In this document: one piece after another, positions 26,195 to 39,242 of the stretch
Layout of the letters: each line of letters starts with the position of its first letter
Numbering within the stretch: the first letter of the stretch is position 1
Source: Hypanus sabinus
Taxonomy: Eukaryota
Direction: 5' to 3'
Assembly (NCBI RefSeq): GCF_030144855.1
Contig: NC_082707.1
Span: forward strand, 145,328,001 to 145,392,000
DNA: 64,000 bases
Notes under the pieces: model-generated
What the model was told of the DNA's origin: nothing
What the model saw: only the letters and a program-made list of their open reading frames with translations
Database searches by the model: none
Translations under genes and position numbers: made by a program

Positions 26195-26900
26195 GGTAGA
26201 TTAAAGTGAATAGACATAGTTCTGGAAAATGGAGTATAATGTGCAAAATGTGAAGTTGTCTGCTCTGTCAGAAAAATTGAAAAATATCTAAATGGTAAGC
26301 TAAAGGAGGACTTTGGTATCTTAGTGCATGATTCTCAAAAGGCTAATGAGCAAGCAGATTAAATAATCAGGGAAAGCAACAGGTTGTTCTAATTTATTAG
26401 ACACAAAGAAGTGAGGACACACTTCAGTTATACCAGCATTGGACCACATCTGGTCACTGCATGTTGGTATTTGTCTCCTTATTTAAAGAAAGAAGTAAAT
26501 GAGGTTGAATCAGTTCAGAGATTTACTAAACAAACCTGGATGCATTTTACCAGTCCAGTGAATTCTTAAGGGACTTAACAAGGTAAAAGCTGGGTAGATG
26601 TTTCTCCTTATGGGAGAGTCCAGGACCAGAGGATACTATCTCAGATAAGAGGGTGCAGATTTGAGACTAAGATCAAAAAAAGATTTCTTCTTTTAAAGGG
26701 TTATAGGTCTTTGGAATACCTTGCCTATGAAAACTTTAGAGTCTGAATCCTTGAATGTCCAATCCTGAAATCAATTTTTAATTTGTGATGGAGTCACAAG
26801 TTATGGTGATAGAGTCAATAAAATGTATTTGATGAAAGCTGGATCAATGATGATTTCATTGAATGGAGAAACAGCAGAATAACATACTGCTGTTCCTGTT
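26195..26900 (+). mobile_element. Old CR1 3' fragment
   Basis: Degenerate W..EYNVQ.CEV.., SRTRGYYL.IRG..F.T; CR1-like 3' UTR. Confidence 0.7.
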
Positions 26901-27109
26901 TTCCTTTATTTTATGTGCATGTATTCATCTAAAGGCAGTTGAAATATTGGATTTGTATCTGCTATACATTAGAAGAGATGAGAGTGACTTGCTCAAAATT
27001 CACAAGATCATTCTGTAGGGGCCTTCAGAAGGTTAATAATGGGTAGATATTTTCTCCTGCAGGTGAAACTAGAACTAGAGATTCTTGTTGAAAAATAAGA
27101 TTTCATAGA

Positions 27110-27648
27110 TAGAGAGAGTCATCGAGAGAAGTACAGCACAGAAATGGGCCTTTTGGCCATCTAGTCCATGCTCAAAGCATTTAAACGATCTATCCCCATT
27201 GATCTACGCTAGGACCATAGCTTTCCAGAAACCTATCCAAATTTGGCTTAAACATTGAAATTGAGCTTGCATACATCACTTGTGCTGGCAGCTCATTCCA
27301 CACTCTCACGACCCTCTGAGGGAAGAAGTTTCCCCTCAGATCACCCTCAAACTTTTCACCCTTCACCCTTAACGGATAACCGTCAGTTGTAGTCCCACCC
27401 AACCTCAATGGAAAAAGCCTGCTTCCATTTACCTTATCTATACTTCTCATAATTTTATATACCTCTATCAAATCTCCTCTCAATCTTCTGCATTCTAAGG
27501 AATAAAGTCCTAACTCATTCAACCTTCCCTTATACCTCAGGTCCTCCAGACACTGCAGCATCCTTGTAAAATTTTCTCTGTACTCTTTCAATTTTATTTA
27601 CATCTTTCCTGTAGGTAGGTGACCAAAACTGCACACAAATACTCCAAA
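27110..27648 (-). mobile_element. CR1 3' end (host of nested insertion)
   Basis: ORF 27190-27591 RLNELGLYSLECRRLRGDLIEVYKIM..FFPQRVVRVWNELP. Confidence 0.9.
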
Positions 27649-29706
27649 TGTACAGAAGAAATGTGGCAAATCTTCAGGGATATTTGTGTGGGGTTCTGCG
27701 TCTGTATGTTCCAATGAGACACAAAAAAGATGGTAGGGTACAGGAACTGTGGTGTCCAAATCTAGTCAAGAAGAAAAGGAAAGCTTACAAAAGGTTCAGC
27801 AATCTAGGTAATGTTAGAGATCTAGAAGATTATAAGGCTAACAGGAATGAGCTTAAGAAGGAAATTAGGAGAGCCAGAAGGGACCATGAGAAGGCCTTGG
27901 TGGGTAGGATTAAGGAAACCCCAAGGCATTCTACAAGTATATGAAGAGCAAGATAAGATGTGAAAGAATAGGACGTGTCAATTGTGATAGTGGGAAAGTG
28001 TGTATGGAACTGGAGGAAATAGCAGAGGTACTTAATGAATACTTCAGTATTCACTATGGAAAAGGATCTTGGTGATTGTAGTGATGACTTGCAGCAGACT
28101 GTAAAGCTTGAGCATGTAAATATTAAGAAAGAGGATGTGCTGGAGCTTTTGGAAAGCATCAAGTTGGATAAATCATCGGGACCAGACGAGATGTACCCCA
28201 GGCTACTGTGGGAAGAGATTGCTGAGTCTCTGGCGATGATCTTTGCATCATCAATGGGGACAGGAGAGGTTCCAGAGGATTGGAGGGTTGTGGATGTTGT
28301 TCCTTTATTCAAGAAAGGGAGTAGCCCAGGAAATTATAGACCAGTGAGTCTTACTTCAGTGGTTGGTACGTTGATGGAGAAGATCCTGAGCAGTAGGATT
28401 TATGAACATTTGGGGAGGCAAAATATGATTAGGAATAGTCAGCATGGCTTTGTCAAAGGGCAGGTTGTGCCTTACGAGCCTGATTGAATTTTTTGAGGAT
28501 ATGACTAAACACATTGATGAAGGAAGAGCAGTAGATGTAGTGTACATGGATTTCAGTAAGGCATTTGATAAGGCGCCCCATGCAAGGCTGATTGAGAAAG
28601 TAAGGAGGCATGGGATCCAAGGGGACATTGCTTTGTGGATCCAAGGAAGGCAAAGAGTAGTTGTAAACTGGTCATATTCTGCATGGAGGCCGGTGACCAG
28701 TAGTGTACCTCAGGGATCTGTTCTGGGACCTTTACTCTTCATAATTTTTATAAATAACCTGGATGAGGAAGTGGAGGGGTGGGTTAGTAAATTTGCTGAT
28801 GACACAAAGGTTGGGGGTGTTGTGGATAGTGTGGAGGGCTGTCAGATGTTACAGTGGGACATTGATAGGATACAGAACTGGGCTGAGAAGTGGCAGATGG
28901 AGTTCAACCTAGATAAGTGTGAAGTGAAGTGGTTCATTTTGGTAGGTCAAATATGATGGCAAAATATACTATTAATGGTAAGACTCTTGGCAGTGTGGAG
29001 AATCAGAGGGATCTTGGGGTCCGAATCCATAGGACGCTCAAAGCAGCTCTGCAGGTTGACTCTGTGGTTAAGAAGGCATACGGTGTATTGGCCTTCATCA
29101 ATCATGGAATTGAATTTCAGAGCTGAGAGGTAATGTTGCAGCTATATAGGACCCTGGTCAGACCCCACTTGGAGTATTGTGCTCAGTTCTGTTCGTCTCA
29201 CTACAGGAAGGATGTGGAAGCCATAGAAAGGGTGCAGAGGAGATTTACAAGGATGTTGCCTGGATTGGGCAGCATGCCCTATGAGAATAGGTTGAATGAA
29301 CTCTGCCTTTTTTTCTTGGAGCGACGAGGATGAGAGGTGACCTGATAGAAGTGTATAAGATGATGAGAGGCATTGATTGTGTGGATAGTCAGAGGCTTTT
29401 TCCTAGGGCTGAAATGGTTGCCACAAGAGGACACAGGTTTAAGGTGCTTGGGAGTAGGTACAGAGGTGATGTCAGAGGTAGGTTTTCTACTCGGAGAGTG
29501 GTGAGTGTGTGGAATGGGCTGCCAGCAACAGTAGTAGAGGCGGATAGTAGTAGAGGGCCTTTTATGAGACTTTTGGGTAGGTACATGGAGCTTAGAAAAA
29601 TAGAGGGCTATGAGTAAGCCTCGTAATTTCGAAGGTAGGGACATGTTCAGCACAACTTTGTGGGCCGAAGAGCCTGTATTGTGCTATATGTTTTCTATGT
29701 TTCTAT
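27649..29706 (+). mobile_element. CR1 LINE, 5'-truncated, with nearly complete RT domain (frameshifted)
   Basis: KSSGPDEMYPRLL, NYRPVSLTSVV, QHGFVKG, YMDFSKAFD, VPQGSVLGP, KFADDTK; ttctatgt tail. Confidence 0.95.
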
Positions 29707-30490
29707 CTGATCTCCTGTACTCAGTACATTAATTTATGAAGGCCAATGTGCCAAAAGCTTTTTTTACAATCCCACCTACCAGTGATGCTACTTTCAATGG
29801 ATTATGGACTTGTATTCCTAGATCACTTTATTCTACCATGCTCCTCAGTGCCCTTCCAGTCACTGTGTAAGACCTACCCTGATTGGTCCTGTTGGTCCTA
29901 CTGAAATGCAACACCTCACAGTTGTTTGCTTTAAATTCCATCTGCCATTTATCAGCCCATTTTTCCATCTGGTACAGATCCCTTTGCAAGCCATGATAGC
30001 CTTCTTTGCTGTCCACTACACCTCTTGTCTTGGTGTCATCTAGAAAGTTGCTGATCTAGTTAACCACATTATTATCCAGGTCATTGATATAGATGACAAA
30101 CAGCAACAAACCTGGCATCGATCCCCGCGGCACTCCACCAGTCACAGACATCTAGTCAGAGAGGCAACCATCTACAACCACTCTCCGAATTCTCCCACAA
30201 AACCAACGTCAATTGAAACTTCTTGACCAACCTCCCATGCTGGACCTTGTCAAATGCCTTGCTGAAGTCCATGTAGACAACATCCACTACCTTTCCTTCA
30301 TCAACTTTCCTGGTAGCTTCGTCAAAAAAACTCTGTAAGATTGGTTAAACACGACCTAGCCATGCACAAAGCCATGCTGACTATCTTTTATCAGTCCATG
30401 TCTGTCCAAATATCTCTGGTCCCTTAGAATACCTTCCAATATCTTTCTCACAACTGATGTCAGACTCACTGACCTTTAACTTCCTGGATT
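29707..30490 (-). mobile_element. Continuation of the minus-strand CR1 (RT domain)
   Basis: GLQRDLYQMEKWADKWQMEF; YMDFSKAFDK on the minus strand at ~30250-30280. Confidence 0.85.
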
Positions 30491-30721
30491 ATGTCATACA
30501 TTTAAAATAGTTGAGGTGTTTATTTTGCTCTTAGAGGATTGCAGAAACAAAGCCTTTGACTCGACAGAGATGTTTAATTTCTTGACTGAATGCTGAAAGA
30601 TATTTGGTGGAAATATGTAGTGAAGGTTACAGTCAGATCCACATGGTCTTGTTAAATGGTGGAGCTGGCTTGAGGGTATGAGTCCTGGTTCTCATTTGCT
30701 TGTTAGTATGTTAATAAACCA

Positions 30722-30950
30722 AGAACTCCTCATCAATCTGGAATCAAAAATACCAAGTGCTTTGCTTTGAACTTTGCACGACTCATACACGCCACTGCTG
30801 CTCATGGTGTTGGCCACAAATCTGAAGAGAGAGGCATGAAAAGGTTGAGGTGAGTTTGCTACTTTACTGACAGAGATTTAGATAACCTGGTGCAGCAGAA
30901 GAAATATCTGTTATGCTTGGGAGCCAAGAGACCAACCAAAACTACAGAAT
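30722..30950 (+). repeat. 229-bp inverted duplication, left copy
   Basis: Reverse complement of 31897-32125 with 2 mismatches. Confidence 0.95.
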
Positions 30951-30974
30951 AATAAATCATAAACCAATACATTG

Positions 30975-31200
30975 AGGGTGTAGTGGACCGCAAGGAAGGC
31001 TCGCATGGCTTGCAAATGGTCTGTATCAGCTGGAAAAATGGGTTAATGAATGGCAAATGAAAATTAATACAGACAAGCAAGCGCAAAGTGTTGCCTTTCA
31101 TTAGGACCAATCAGAATAGGTCTTCCATAGTGAATGGTAGGTCACTCCAACGTGTGGCAGAGCAAAAGGATCTGGGAATACAGGTCCATAATTAATCAAA
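30975..31200 (+). mobile_element. CR1 RT fragment
   Basis: IEGVVD..EG..GLQ..LYQLEKWVNEWQMKINTDK. Confidence 0.75.
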
Positions 31201-31896
31201 AGTACTAATTAATTCCTGTTAGCTGGTGTCATTTCCTGCAAGTACTGTAACAGCCAGTGTTTCCACTGGAGGGGGGAACCATGGTGACAAGTCAAAGGTT
31301 CCATACCATTTTTCATTTCCCGCCTGAGGACCAAATAAGCACAAGCTGTGGAACCACATGCTAAAACCCATAGAAGTGCTAATTTACTGAATGAAAAGTG
31401 AGACCTTTGAGGAAGGAAGTCATTTCAATAAAGAAAGGAAGAATGTGGAAGATACACGTGACATCTTGCATTCCTTTGGTGGCTCCTCAGCCAAGGACAT
31501 TGCCCCAGTGCCTGTCAGACAGTAACCTCTTCCACCCGATCAGGCCAAATTCTGAGTACGAAAGGGATCTTCGGTTTAGAATGACATGCACTGGTGTGCC
31601 ACCCATAATGCAGTTGACTTACCTGAAGCATGTGTGTTTCTGAGTACAGTATGGTAGTTGGTTGGATAGGTGGTGATACCTCAAGATGAGGGAAGAAGGT
31701 TCTGTGACCAGCTGGCAATAGCCCTTGAGGTAAGAAGTAAGAAGAAGTGTTGTCTATCTGTTTATGAAAGCACTAGAATGAGATTTAGTGCCAGGAAATA
31801 ATCTTGTTAGCTTCAATAGCATGTAGAAGTCTTAGTCTCACATGTAATACATACGACGTGATTTTTCCTACATTGTTGCCTATTGCTGGTTATTTC

Positions 31897-32125
31897 ATTC
31901 TGTAGTTTTGGTTGGTCTCTTGGCTCCCAAGCATAACAGATATTTCTTCTGCTGCACCAGGTTATCTAAATCTCTGTCAGTAAAGTAGCAAACTCACCTC
32001 AACCTTTTCATGCCTCTCTCTTCAGATTTGTGGCCAACACCATGAGCAGCAGTGGCATGTATGAGTCGTGCAAAGTTCAAAGCAAAGCATTTGGTATTTT
32101 TGATTCCAGATTGATGAGGAGTTCT
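31897..32125 (-). repeat. 229-bp inverted duplication, right copy
   Basis: Reverse complement of 30722-30950 with 2 mismatches. Confidence 0.95.
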
Positions 32126-32731
32126 GTCCAGTGGCAAATGAAGGAAGTGTGCTTCAGAGTATTCTTGAGGTTTCCCCAAAATAATGTCCTTCAGGTTCTC
32201 CTTGATCTCAGCTGAGAAACTGGTACTGCCCACCTTCCACTAACTAGACACCACCACTGCAACCTTAGAAATGGAAACCTGCCTCTTAAAATATACAAAC
32301 GTGGGTTTGCAATCGTGTCTGCATTCATTATAGCCACCTAAAAGTAGCTTTGTAACATAATTACGTTCATCTTTCATCTAATCATTTCAGCAGCTACTAC
32401 ATTCTCTGGTCTACCCAGAAGGATTACATTGCAGCTATATTATATTTCAGAAATAAATGTGAAATAATTCTGTTATTTGCATAATCTTTCATTGTAGTCG
32501 TGAATCTCCTATTATATTTAATCATTGCTAATCCTGGTAAGGAGCAAGGTTCTGATTTTTTTTAAACTTGGCCCTGCTGTTATTTACATTCCACCTCTGA
32601 AGCAGTGTTTGGTTTAGCAATCAGAGAGGATTTGCTGTTTCATGTAAAGTATTTGGTTTTGCACTCAGAGAGCATCTGTGAGTTTCATGTGAATTTCATT
32701 GCATCCACTGTATATCATTATAAAGTAAAGT

Positions 32732-32867
32732 ACAAACACAAAATGCTGTGCTGGTGCTGGAAATCCAGAATGACACATAGAAAATGCTGGAGGAACTCGG
32801 CAGGTCAGGCGGCATCAATGGAAAGAAATAAACAATCAACACTTCCAACCAAGACCCTTCATCGGTC
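32732..32867 (-). mobile_element. Penelope 3'-end fragment (single arm) ending at a hammerhead remnant
   Basis: aaaatgctggaggaactcggcaggtcaggc...; minus strand ccgatgaagggtcttgg. Confidence 0.75.
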
Positions 32868-32869
32868 CC

Positions 32870-33365
32870 TAAATCTCTCCCCTCTTATCCTGTATCTGTG
32901 CTCTCTCATTCTGAATTCCCAAACCCTGGTAAAATGACTATAACAAACCACCTCATCTGTAATAACCATCGTCCTTTGTTTCCTATCACCGAGCCAGTTC
33001 TGACTCCATCTCACTAACTTCCCTGAATCCCATGTGACCCAATCTTCCAGATCAGCCTGCCATGCAGGGCCTTGTCAAGGGCCTTGTCAAAGGCCTTACT
33101 AAAGTACATAGGAACAACATACGATGTGCTTCTTTCGTCTACCCCCTGAGATACATCTTCAAAAAACTCTGAGATATTCAACAAACATTACCTCCCATGC
33201 ACAAAACCATGCTGACTATTCCTGATCAGGCCCTGAGAAATGGTAGATTTGTCCCCTTGAAAACCATTCAATAACTTCCATACAACTGAAGTCAGGCACA
33301 TTTGTCTGTAGTTCCCTGACCCGACTTGTTTACCCTCCTTGAACAATGGAACAAAATTAGCTACC
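32870..33365 (-). mobile_element. CR1 RT fragments
   Basis: VANFVPLFKEG..GNYRQMCLTSVV..IRNSQHGFV. Confidence 0.8.
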
Positions 33366-33522
33366 CTTGTCTGTATGTTCTCCCAGTGAGTGCACGGGTT
33401 TCCACCCACATTCCAAAGACTTACTGGGTAGTAGGTTATTTAGTCACATGGATGTAATTGGGTGGTGCAGGCTCTTTAGGGCAAAAGGGCCTGTAATCAT
33501 GCTGTATCTTAAAATAAAAATT
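33366..33522 (+). mobile_element. V-domain SINE, 5'-truncated
   Basis: tgtatgttctcccagtgagtgcacgggtttc..cccacattccaaagac..aagggcctgt..atgctgtatct..aaataaa; related to 24322-24640. Confidence 0.75.
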
Positions 33523-33792
33523 AATAAACTATTAGTAGGGATACAAGGGGTCAGGATAGAATTTTTGAAGAGCATAGGGCTCTAAGAGACATGAGCCTGT
33601 AGATGATGGAACAGTCTTCTGCTTCTCAATCCAACAGGTTGTTTGTCTCTTGGGACAATAGATTTTTTTTTATTATTTGGATGGGACCATTAAAATATCA
33701 GTCAAACCGATAACCAGGTAGTGAAATTCGAAGATTAAGGTCTTTGAAGTAACCAACTAAGGAAATGTGGCTTACTATCTTTACCATTACAG

Positions 33793-34019
33793 TGTATTTA
33801 ATATTTCAGTAGTATCATAAATATATATTGTTTGATTAAGCATTCTTGCATTTACATAATTTGTTACGGGTTGTAGCTATGAAGTATGTGAATGGCATGC
33901 GTCATTACGCCACCACATCATATGTCAATGCCTCACTAAAGAATAGAAACTAAGTACACAAGTATTCTGGGCTACTGCATTTTTCTTTCAATTAATTTCT
34001 GGAGTTACAAAACATAACA
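33793..34019 (+). mobile_element. Solo LTR of a second Gypsy family
   Basis: TG...CA (ends ttacaaaacataaca); colinear with the LTR at 44733-44965 that follows a PPT. Confidence 0.65.
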
Positions 34020-34614
34020 CTCATAATTATCTTGATCCCACTCATCATAAATTAGGGGATAGTAAGTAGCTAATGGAGGAGACAGATGGGAATATGGCAC
34101 GTCATTTACTGAAGTTGGTGAAATAATTAACCTCAAGGTGCTAGCTCATAAAAAATGTAATTGAAACGTGTAAGAGTGCTACATAAACTGACTTGTTCTT
34201 TAACCATTTCAGACAACAGTATTGTAAATTGGACTTTCTCATCTCATTTGAATTGTCATCTTCTCCAGATAAAATAAAAAAAAATGCAATATAAAGTTCA
34301 AGCTTAGCAATGCAAAAACATGGCTATTTGTTTTATTTGTTTTACTGTTTTACCAATTTAGGGTAAACACGATAGATATTCTATCTATTGTTGCTGTATT
34401 CCTTGAAGTTTACCTTGCGCTGACTGACTGCGTAAACAGGTTTTGGACAACAGATGGTGGTCACTTAGTTAGCAAGAAAGATGTGGAAAAACATTAGCTG
34501 AGTGACTGAGCTCTTTTGCAACTGTCAGTTTGTTTACACAAGAACTTACTGTAATTCTCAATGTTAGTGTTTCCTAAATGGATTGGATTATTAATTAATT
34601 AATTTAGAAATCCT

Positions 34615-36338
34615 TAGACCTCCAGAACATGCATACCCTCAGATCCTTTTGTTCCCCGGATCTGGAGTACCTGGTGCAGCTGTGTGGACCTTTCTGGTCG
34701 CCGAGGGGGTTCACGGCTGTTGTTATCACAGCTACGTTCCATTGCTGGCTGATACTGACCTGGCTCTCAAGGAGCTGTACGAGACCATCAGCACATTGGA
34801 GACTGCACATCCAGAGGCTGCCTTCATCATCGCCAGTGAGTTCAATAGAGCATTGCTGACTAAAATCTCTCCAAAGTTTTGCCAAAACATGTAGGTGAGC
34901 GCATGGGAGATAGCATACTAAAGCACTGCTACTCTCCCTTTCGCAACGCTTACAAAGTGCTCCTTCACCTACCATTTGGAAAATGGATCAATCCTCCATC
35001 TTGCTGCTATCGAGATGCAGGCACAACCTGAAACAAAAGGTGGCCATAGTTAAAACAGTCCACTGCTGGTCCGACCAATTGGCCTGCATGCTACAGGAGC
35101 ACTTTGATGACATCATCTGGAATGTCTTCCATGATGAGGTTGTCTCCGAGTTCACGGATGAGGTCACAAGTTTCATCCAGAAGTGTATCGAGGATGTTGT
35201 CCCTCAGAAATTGGTCAGGGTCTCTCCATACCAGAAACCCTGGATCAACAGTTCTGTGCGAACAGCACTTACTGCGCGACACAGAGCTTACATTGCCGGT
35301 GACCAACAGGAACTCAAAAAATGCAGTTACAATCTGCACAAAGTCATCAAGGCAGCAAAACAAAAATACAGGGACAAGGTCCATACTCAACTCTCCACCA
35401 ACAACACATGCAGCTTATGGCAAGATCTGCGCACCGTTGCAGACTTCAAAGCTAAACGCAGGGGAGTTTCCAACCGATGCCTCTCTCCCAGATGAACTAA
35501 ATCTTTTTTGCGCTCGATTTGATGTTGTCAACACTGAGCCCCTGAGGAGACCTGCAGCTTGGTCACCTCTGAGGCTGAGGTATGCAGGTGTTTCCAACGA
35601 GTCAACAGTTATAAGGCTGCGGGACCGAACGGCATCTCAGGGTGAGTACTCAGGATGTGCGCGGCACAACTGGCAGGTGTATTTACAGATATTTTTAATC
35701 TCTCCCTCTCCCAGTGTAGAGTGCCCTCCTGCTTCAAAACATCTAGCGTTGTCCCTGTACCTAAAAAGACCAAGGTTATATGCCTGAACAACTGGCAACC
35801 TGTTGCACTCAACTCAATAATGAGCAAATACTTTGAGAGGCTGGTCAAGGTCTACATCTGCAGCTTGCTACCACCCAAACTGGACCCCCTACAATTTGCC
35901 TACCGACACAACCGATTGACAGATGATGCAATTGCCACAACTCTATACACCGTCCTTACACACCTGGAGAAGAAGGATGCTTATGTGAGAATGCTGTTCT
36001 TGGACTACAGTTCAGCATTCAACACCATAATTCTCTCCAGGCTCGACAAGAAGCTCAGAGACCTCAGCCTTCACTCTGCCTTGTGTAACTGGATCCTGGA
36101 CCTCCAGTCAGATCACTGGCAAGTGATAAGAGTGGGCTCCCTCACCTCTGCTCCTCTGACCCTCAACACAGATGCCCCTCAGGGCTATGTCCTAAGGCCC
36201 CTCCTTTACTCTCTGTATACCCATGACTGTGTCACCACCCACAGCTCCAATCTGCTAAGTAAATTTGCTGACGACACTACACTGATTGGCCTAATCTCAA
36301 ATAATAATGAGGCATCTTACAGAGAAGAAGTCATTACA
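34615..36338 (+). mobile_element. Rex1/Babar LINE (endonuclease C-terminal part through RT), 3'-truncated
   Basis: ORF 35655-36341: VPSCFKTSSVVPVPKK..QFAYRHNRLTDDAI..MLFLDYSSAFNTI..PQGYVL.P..KFADDTT. Confidence 0.95.
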
Positions 36339-36444
36339 TAGAGTAATAATATTAATCCAGTAATTAGTCAAGTTTCCCTGATGATAGCAACATTTGTTAC
36401 AATATCAGTTTATACTAATTTTCCTAATAAGTAAAAGAACAAGA

Positions 36445-38220
36445 GACCATAAAATACAGGAGCAGAATTAGGCCATTTGGCCCACTGAAACTGCTCTGCC
36501 ACTTCATCATGGCTGATCCATTTTTTTCTCTCAGCCCCCATTCTCCTGCCATCTTTCTGTGTCCCTTCATGCCCTGACCGATTAAGAATCTATCAACATC
36601 TGCCTTAAGTATACGTAAATACCTGGCCTCCACAGCTGCTTGTGGCAACAAATTCCACAGATTCACCACTCTCTGGCTAAAGAAATGCCTCCTTATCCCC
36701 ATTCTAAAAGGATGCCTCTCTATTCTGAGGCTGTGTCCCTGGTCCTAGACTCTCCCACCACAAGAAACATCCTCTCTATCAAGGCCTTTCACCATTTGAT
36801 AGATTTCAATTAGGTCACCTCTCATTCTTCTAAATTCCAGTGAATACAGGCCCAGAGCCACCAAATGCTCTTCATATGATAGGCTGTTCAAACCTGAAAC
36901 CCTCCCAGTTTCAATACATCCTTTCTAAGATAAGGGGCCCAAAACTGCTCACAATACTCGGTGAGAATCTCGCCAGTGCTTTATAAAGTTTCAACATTAC
37001 ATACTTGCTTTTATATTCTAGTCCTCTTGAAATGAATGCTAACATTACATTTGCCTTCCTCACCACAGATTTGACCTGCAAATTAACCAATAGGGAATCC
37101 TGCAGAAGAACTCCCAGGTCCCTTAGCATGTCAGACTTTTGTATTTTCTCTCCACTTAGAAAATAGCCAACTCTTTCATTTCTTCTACCAAACTGCATTC
37201 CATACACTTCCCAACACTGCATTTCATTTGCCGCTTCTTTGCCATTCTCCTCATCTAAGTCCTTCTGTAGCCTCCCTGCTTCCTCAAAACTACTTGCCCC
37301 TCTATCTATATTCACGTCATCTGAAAACTATGCAACAAAGTGATCAATTCCATCTTCCAAATCATTGACATATAACATAAAAGAATCCGTTCCAACACAG
37401 ACCCTTGTGGAACACAACTAATCACTAGTAGCCAACCAGAAAAGGATCCCTTTATTCCCTTTCTTTGCCTCCGTCCAATCAGCCACTCCTTTATCCATGC
37501 TAGAATCTTTCTTGTAATACGTGGGCTTGTAGCTTGTTAAGCAACCTCTTGTGTGGCACCTTATAAAAGGCCTTCTGAAAGTCCAAGTACACAACATCAA
37601 CCGATTCTCCTTTGTCTATCCTGCTTGTTATTTATTTGAGGAATTCCAACAGATTTGTCAGGAAAGATTTTCCCTTGAGGAAACCATGCTGTCTACGGAC
37701 TGTTTTACCTTTTATATGCCCTCTCTTTGGCTTTTATGTTGGCTTTGACCTCTCTTGTTAACTACTGTTGTGTCATCTTGCCTTTAACATACTTTTTGCT
37801 CTTTGGAATGTATATATCCTGTGCCTTCCAAATTACTTCCAGAAATTCCAGCCACTGCTGCTCCACTGTCATCCCTGTCAGTGTCCTTTTCCAATCTATT
37901 CTGACCAACTCCTCTCTCATGCTTCTGTAATCCCCTTTACTCCAATGCAATACTGATATATCTGACCACATTGCAGCCTGCCAAATTACATTCGCTGGTA
38001 CATGATGCAGGCTGCAATCCAGAGATTACTATCCTGGAGGTCTTGTTTCTCACCTTTCTATCTAGCTCCCTGAAATCTCTCTCAGGACCTCCTCACCTTG
38101 TCTACCTATGTCACTGGCGCCAATATGTGCCAAGACTTCTGGCTGCTCACCGTCACCCTTGAGAATGCCACGGCCCCAATCCGAGACATCCCTGATCTTG
38201 GCACCAGCAAGGCAACTATA
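36445..38220 (-). mobile_element. CR1 LINE with internal deletions; includes an ORF1 (SGNH esterase-like) fragment at 37970-38220
   Basis: RRHFFSQRVVNLWNLLP; KANVMLAFISRGLEYKS; ORF1-like GILKGDGEQPEVLAHIGASDIG. Confidence 0.9.
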
Positions 38221-39242
38221 CAATGTTTGATTTAATGATAATCCATTGACAACACTTAAACATTGTGTTGTGGAATGCCGCATATGAAATTCCTGGACTC
38301 TCACATGTTCCAGTACTGCACTGCATCCTGAGGAGTGTAATGTTTGGAATTAAATGACTTGCAATAAGTTTACATTGATATTTAACTATATTAATTCTTG
38401 AACTGTATTTGTCTGTCTTTATGTATTTGCGAGCAGCAGCAGCAGGTGGTTTGTGACCCAAATGGTACTGGGAGAGAAATGGACAAAACACTAGTTACTC
38501 ATTACATTCTAAATTATACTAATTTTCAATGTTCCACAACTACAAGTATGTCTGGCTTTGATATTACTGCAGTGGTATTAAATAAATACTGAAATGCTTT
38601 TATCTTAATCGCTAGGAGCTTCTTGCTCCAGCTGTATCTCTATGAATATCAGTTTCACTATTTAGGACCTTAGAAAGGTGCATTCTATAGCCAAGTTGTT
38701 CTTCATGAGATATGCTCGAACATAACTATAGCAGATTTCAATAATTACACAGAACTGTCCATATCCATTATTCAAAATATTTGTTCAAGCAGTTCAATAG
38801 CACTAGAGAAGCTTTAACACCATTCAGGATTGAGTGGTTTCCTTGATCAGGACCAATGCTACAGATGCTATAACTACCTCTCTATTAAAAGGCATTTTAG
38901 CTGTCGTCTATACAATCTACTACAGGATACTCCAACAGTTGACCAAAGGCAATCTGTCTGTTTCTCTCCCCTTCTGATTTCTACCACTAGAAGGATAGTT
39001 AATGCCATCACCCAAAATTCTTTTCAATGACATATGTAATCTTCAGGATCTATAGGATCATCCCTATATGGTACTGTATCAAAATTGTTACTAGCCAGAA
39101 TCAGAACAAATAAAAGAAGTAACAAATCTCTGTATTATAGTTCCTGGCTTGTGGGCTGTGCAGTTTAAAAAAAAGTATCTGTGATTCTGTTACTTTAATT
39201 TGCTGGTGTTTAATTGTCAATAGTCTCAAATAAGCAATTCAA

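Noticed and set aside
27649-29706. Possible active reverse transcriptase gene
   Set aside because: 5'-truncated with several frameshifts and stops; the same applies to all TE ORFs in the window
30722-32125. Reading the 229-bp inverted repeats as DNA-transposon TIRs
   Set aside because: No TSD, the termini match no TIR motif I know, and the interior holds an old CR1 fragment and unique sequence
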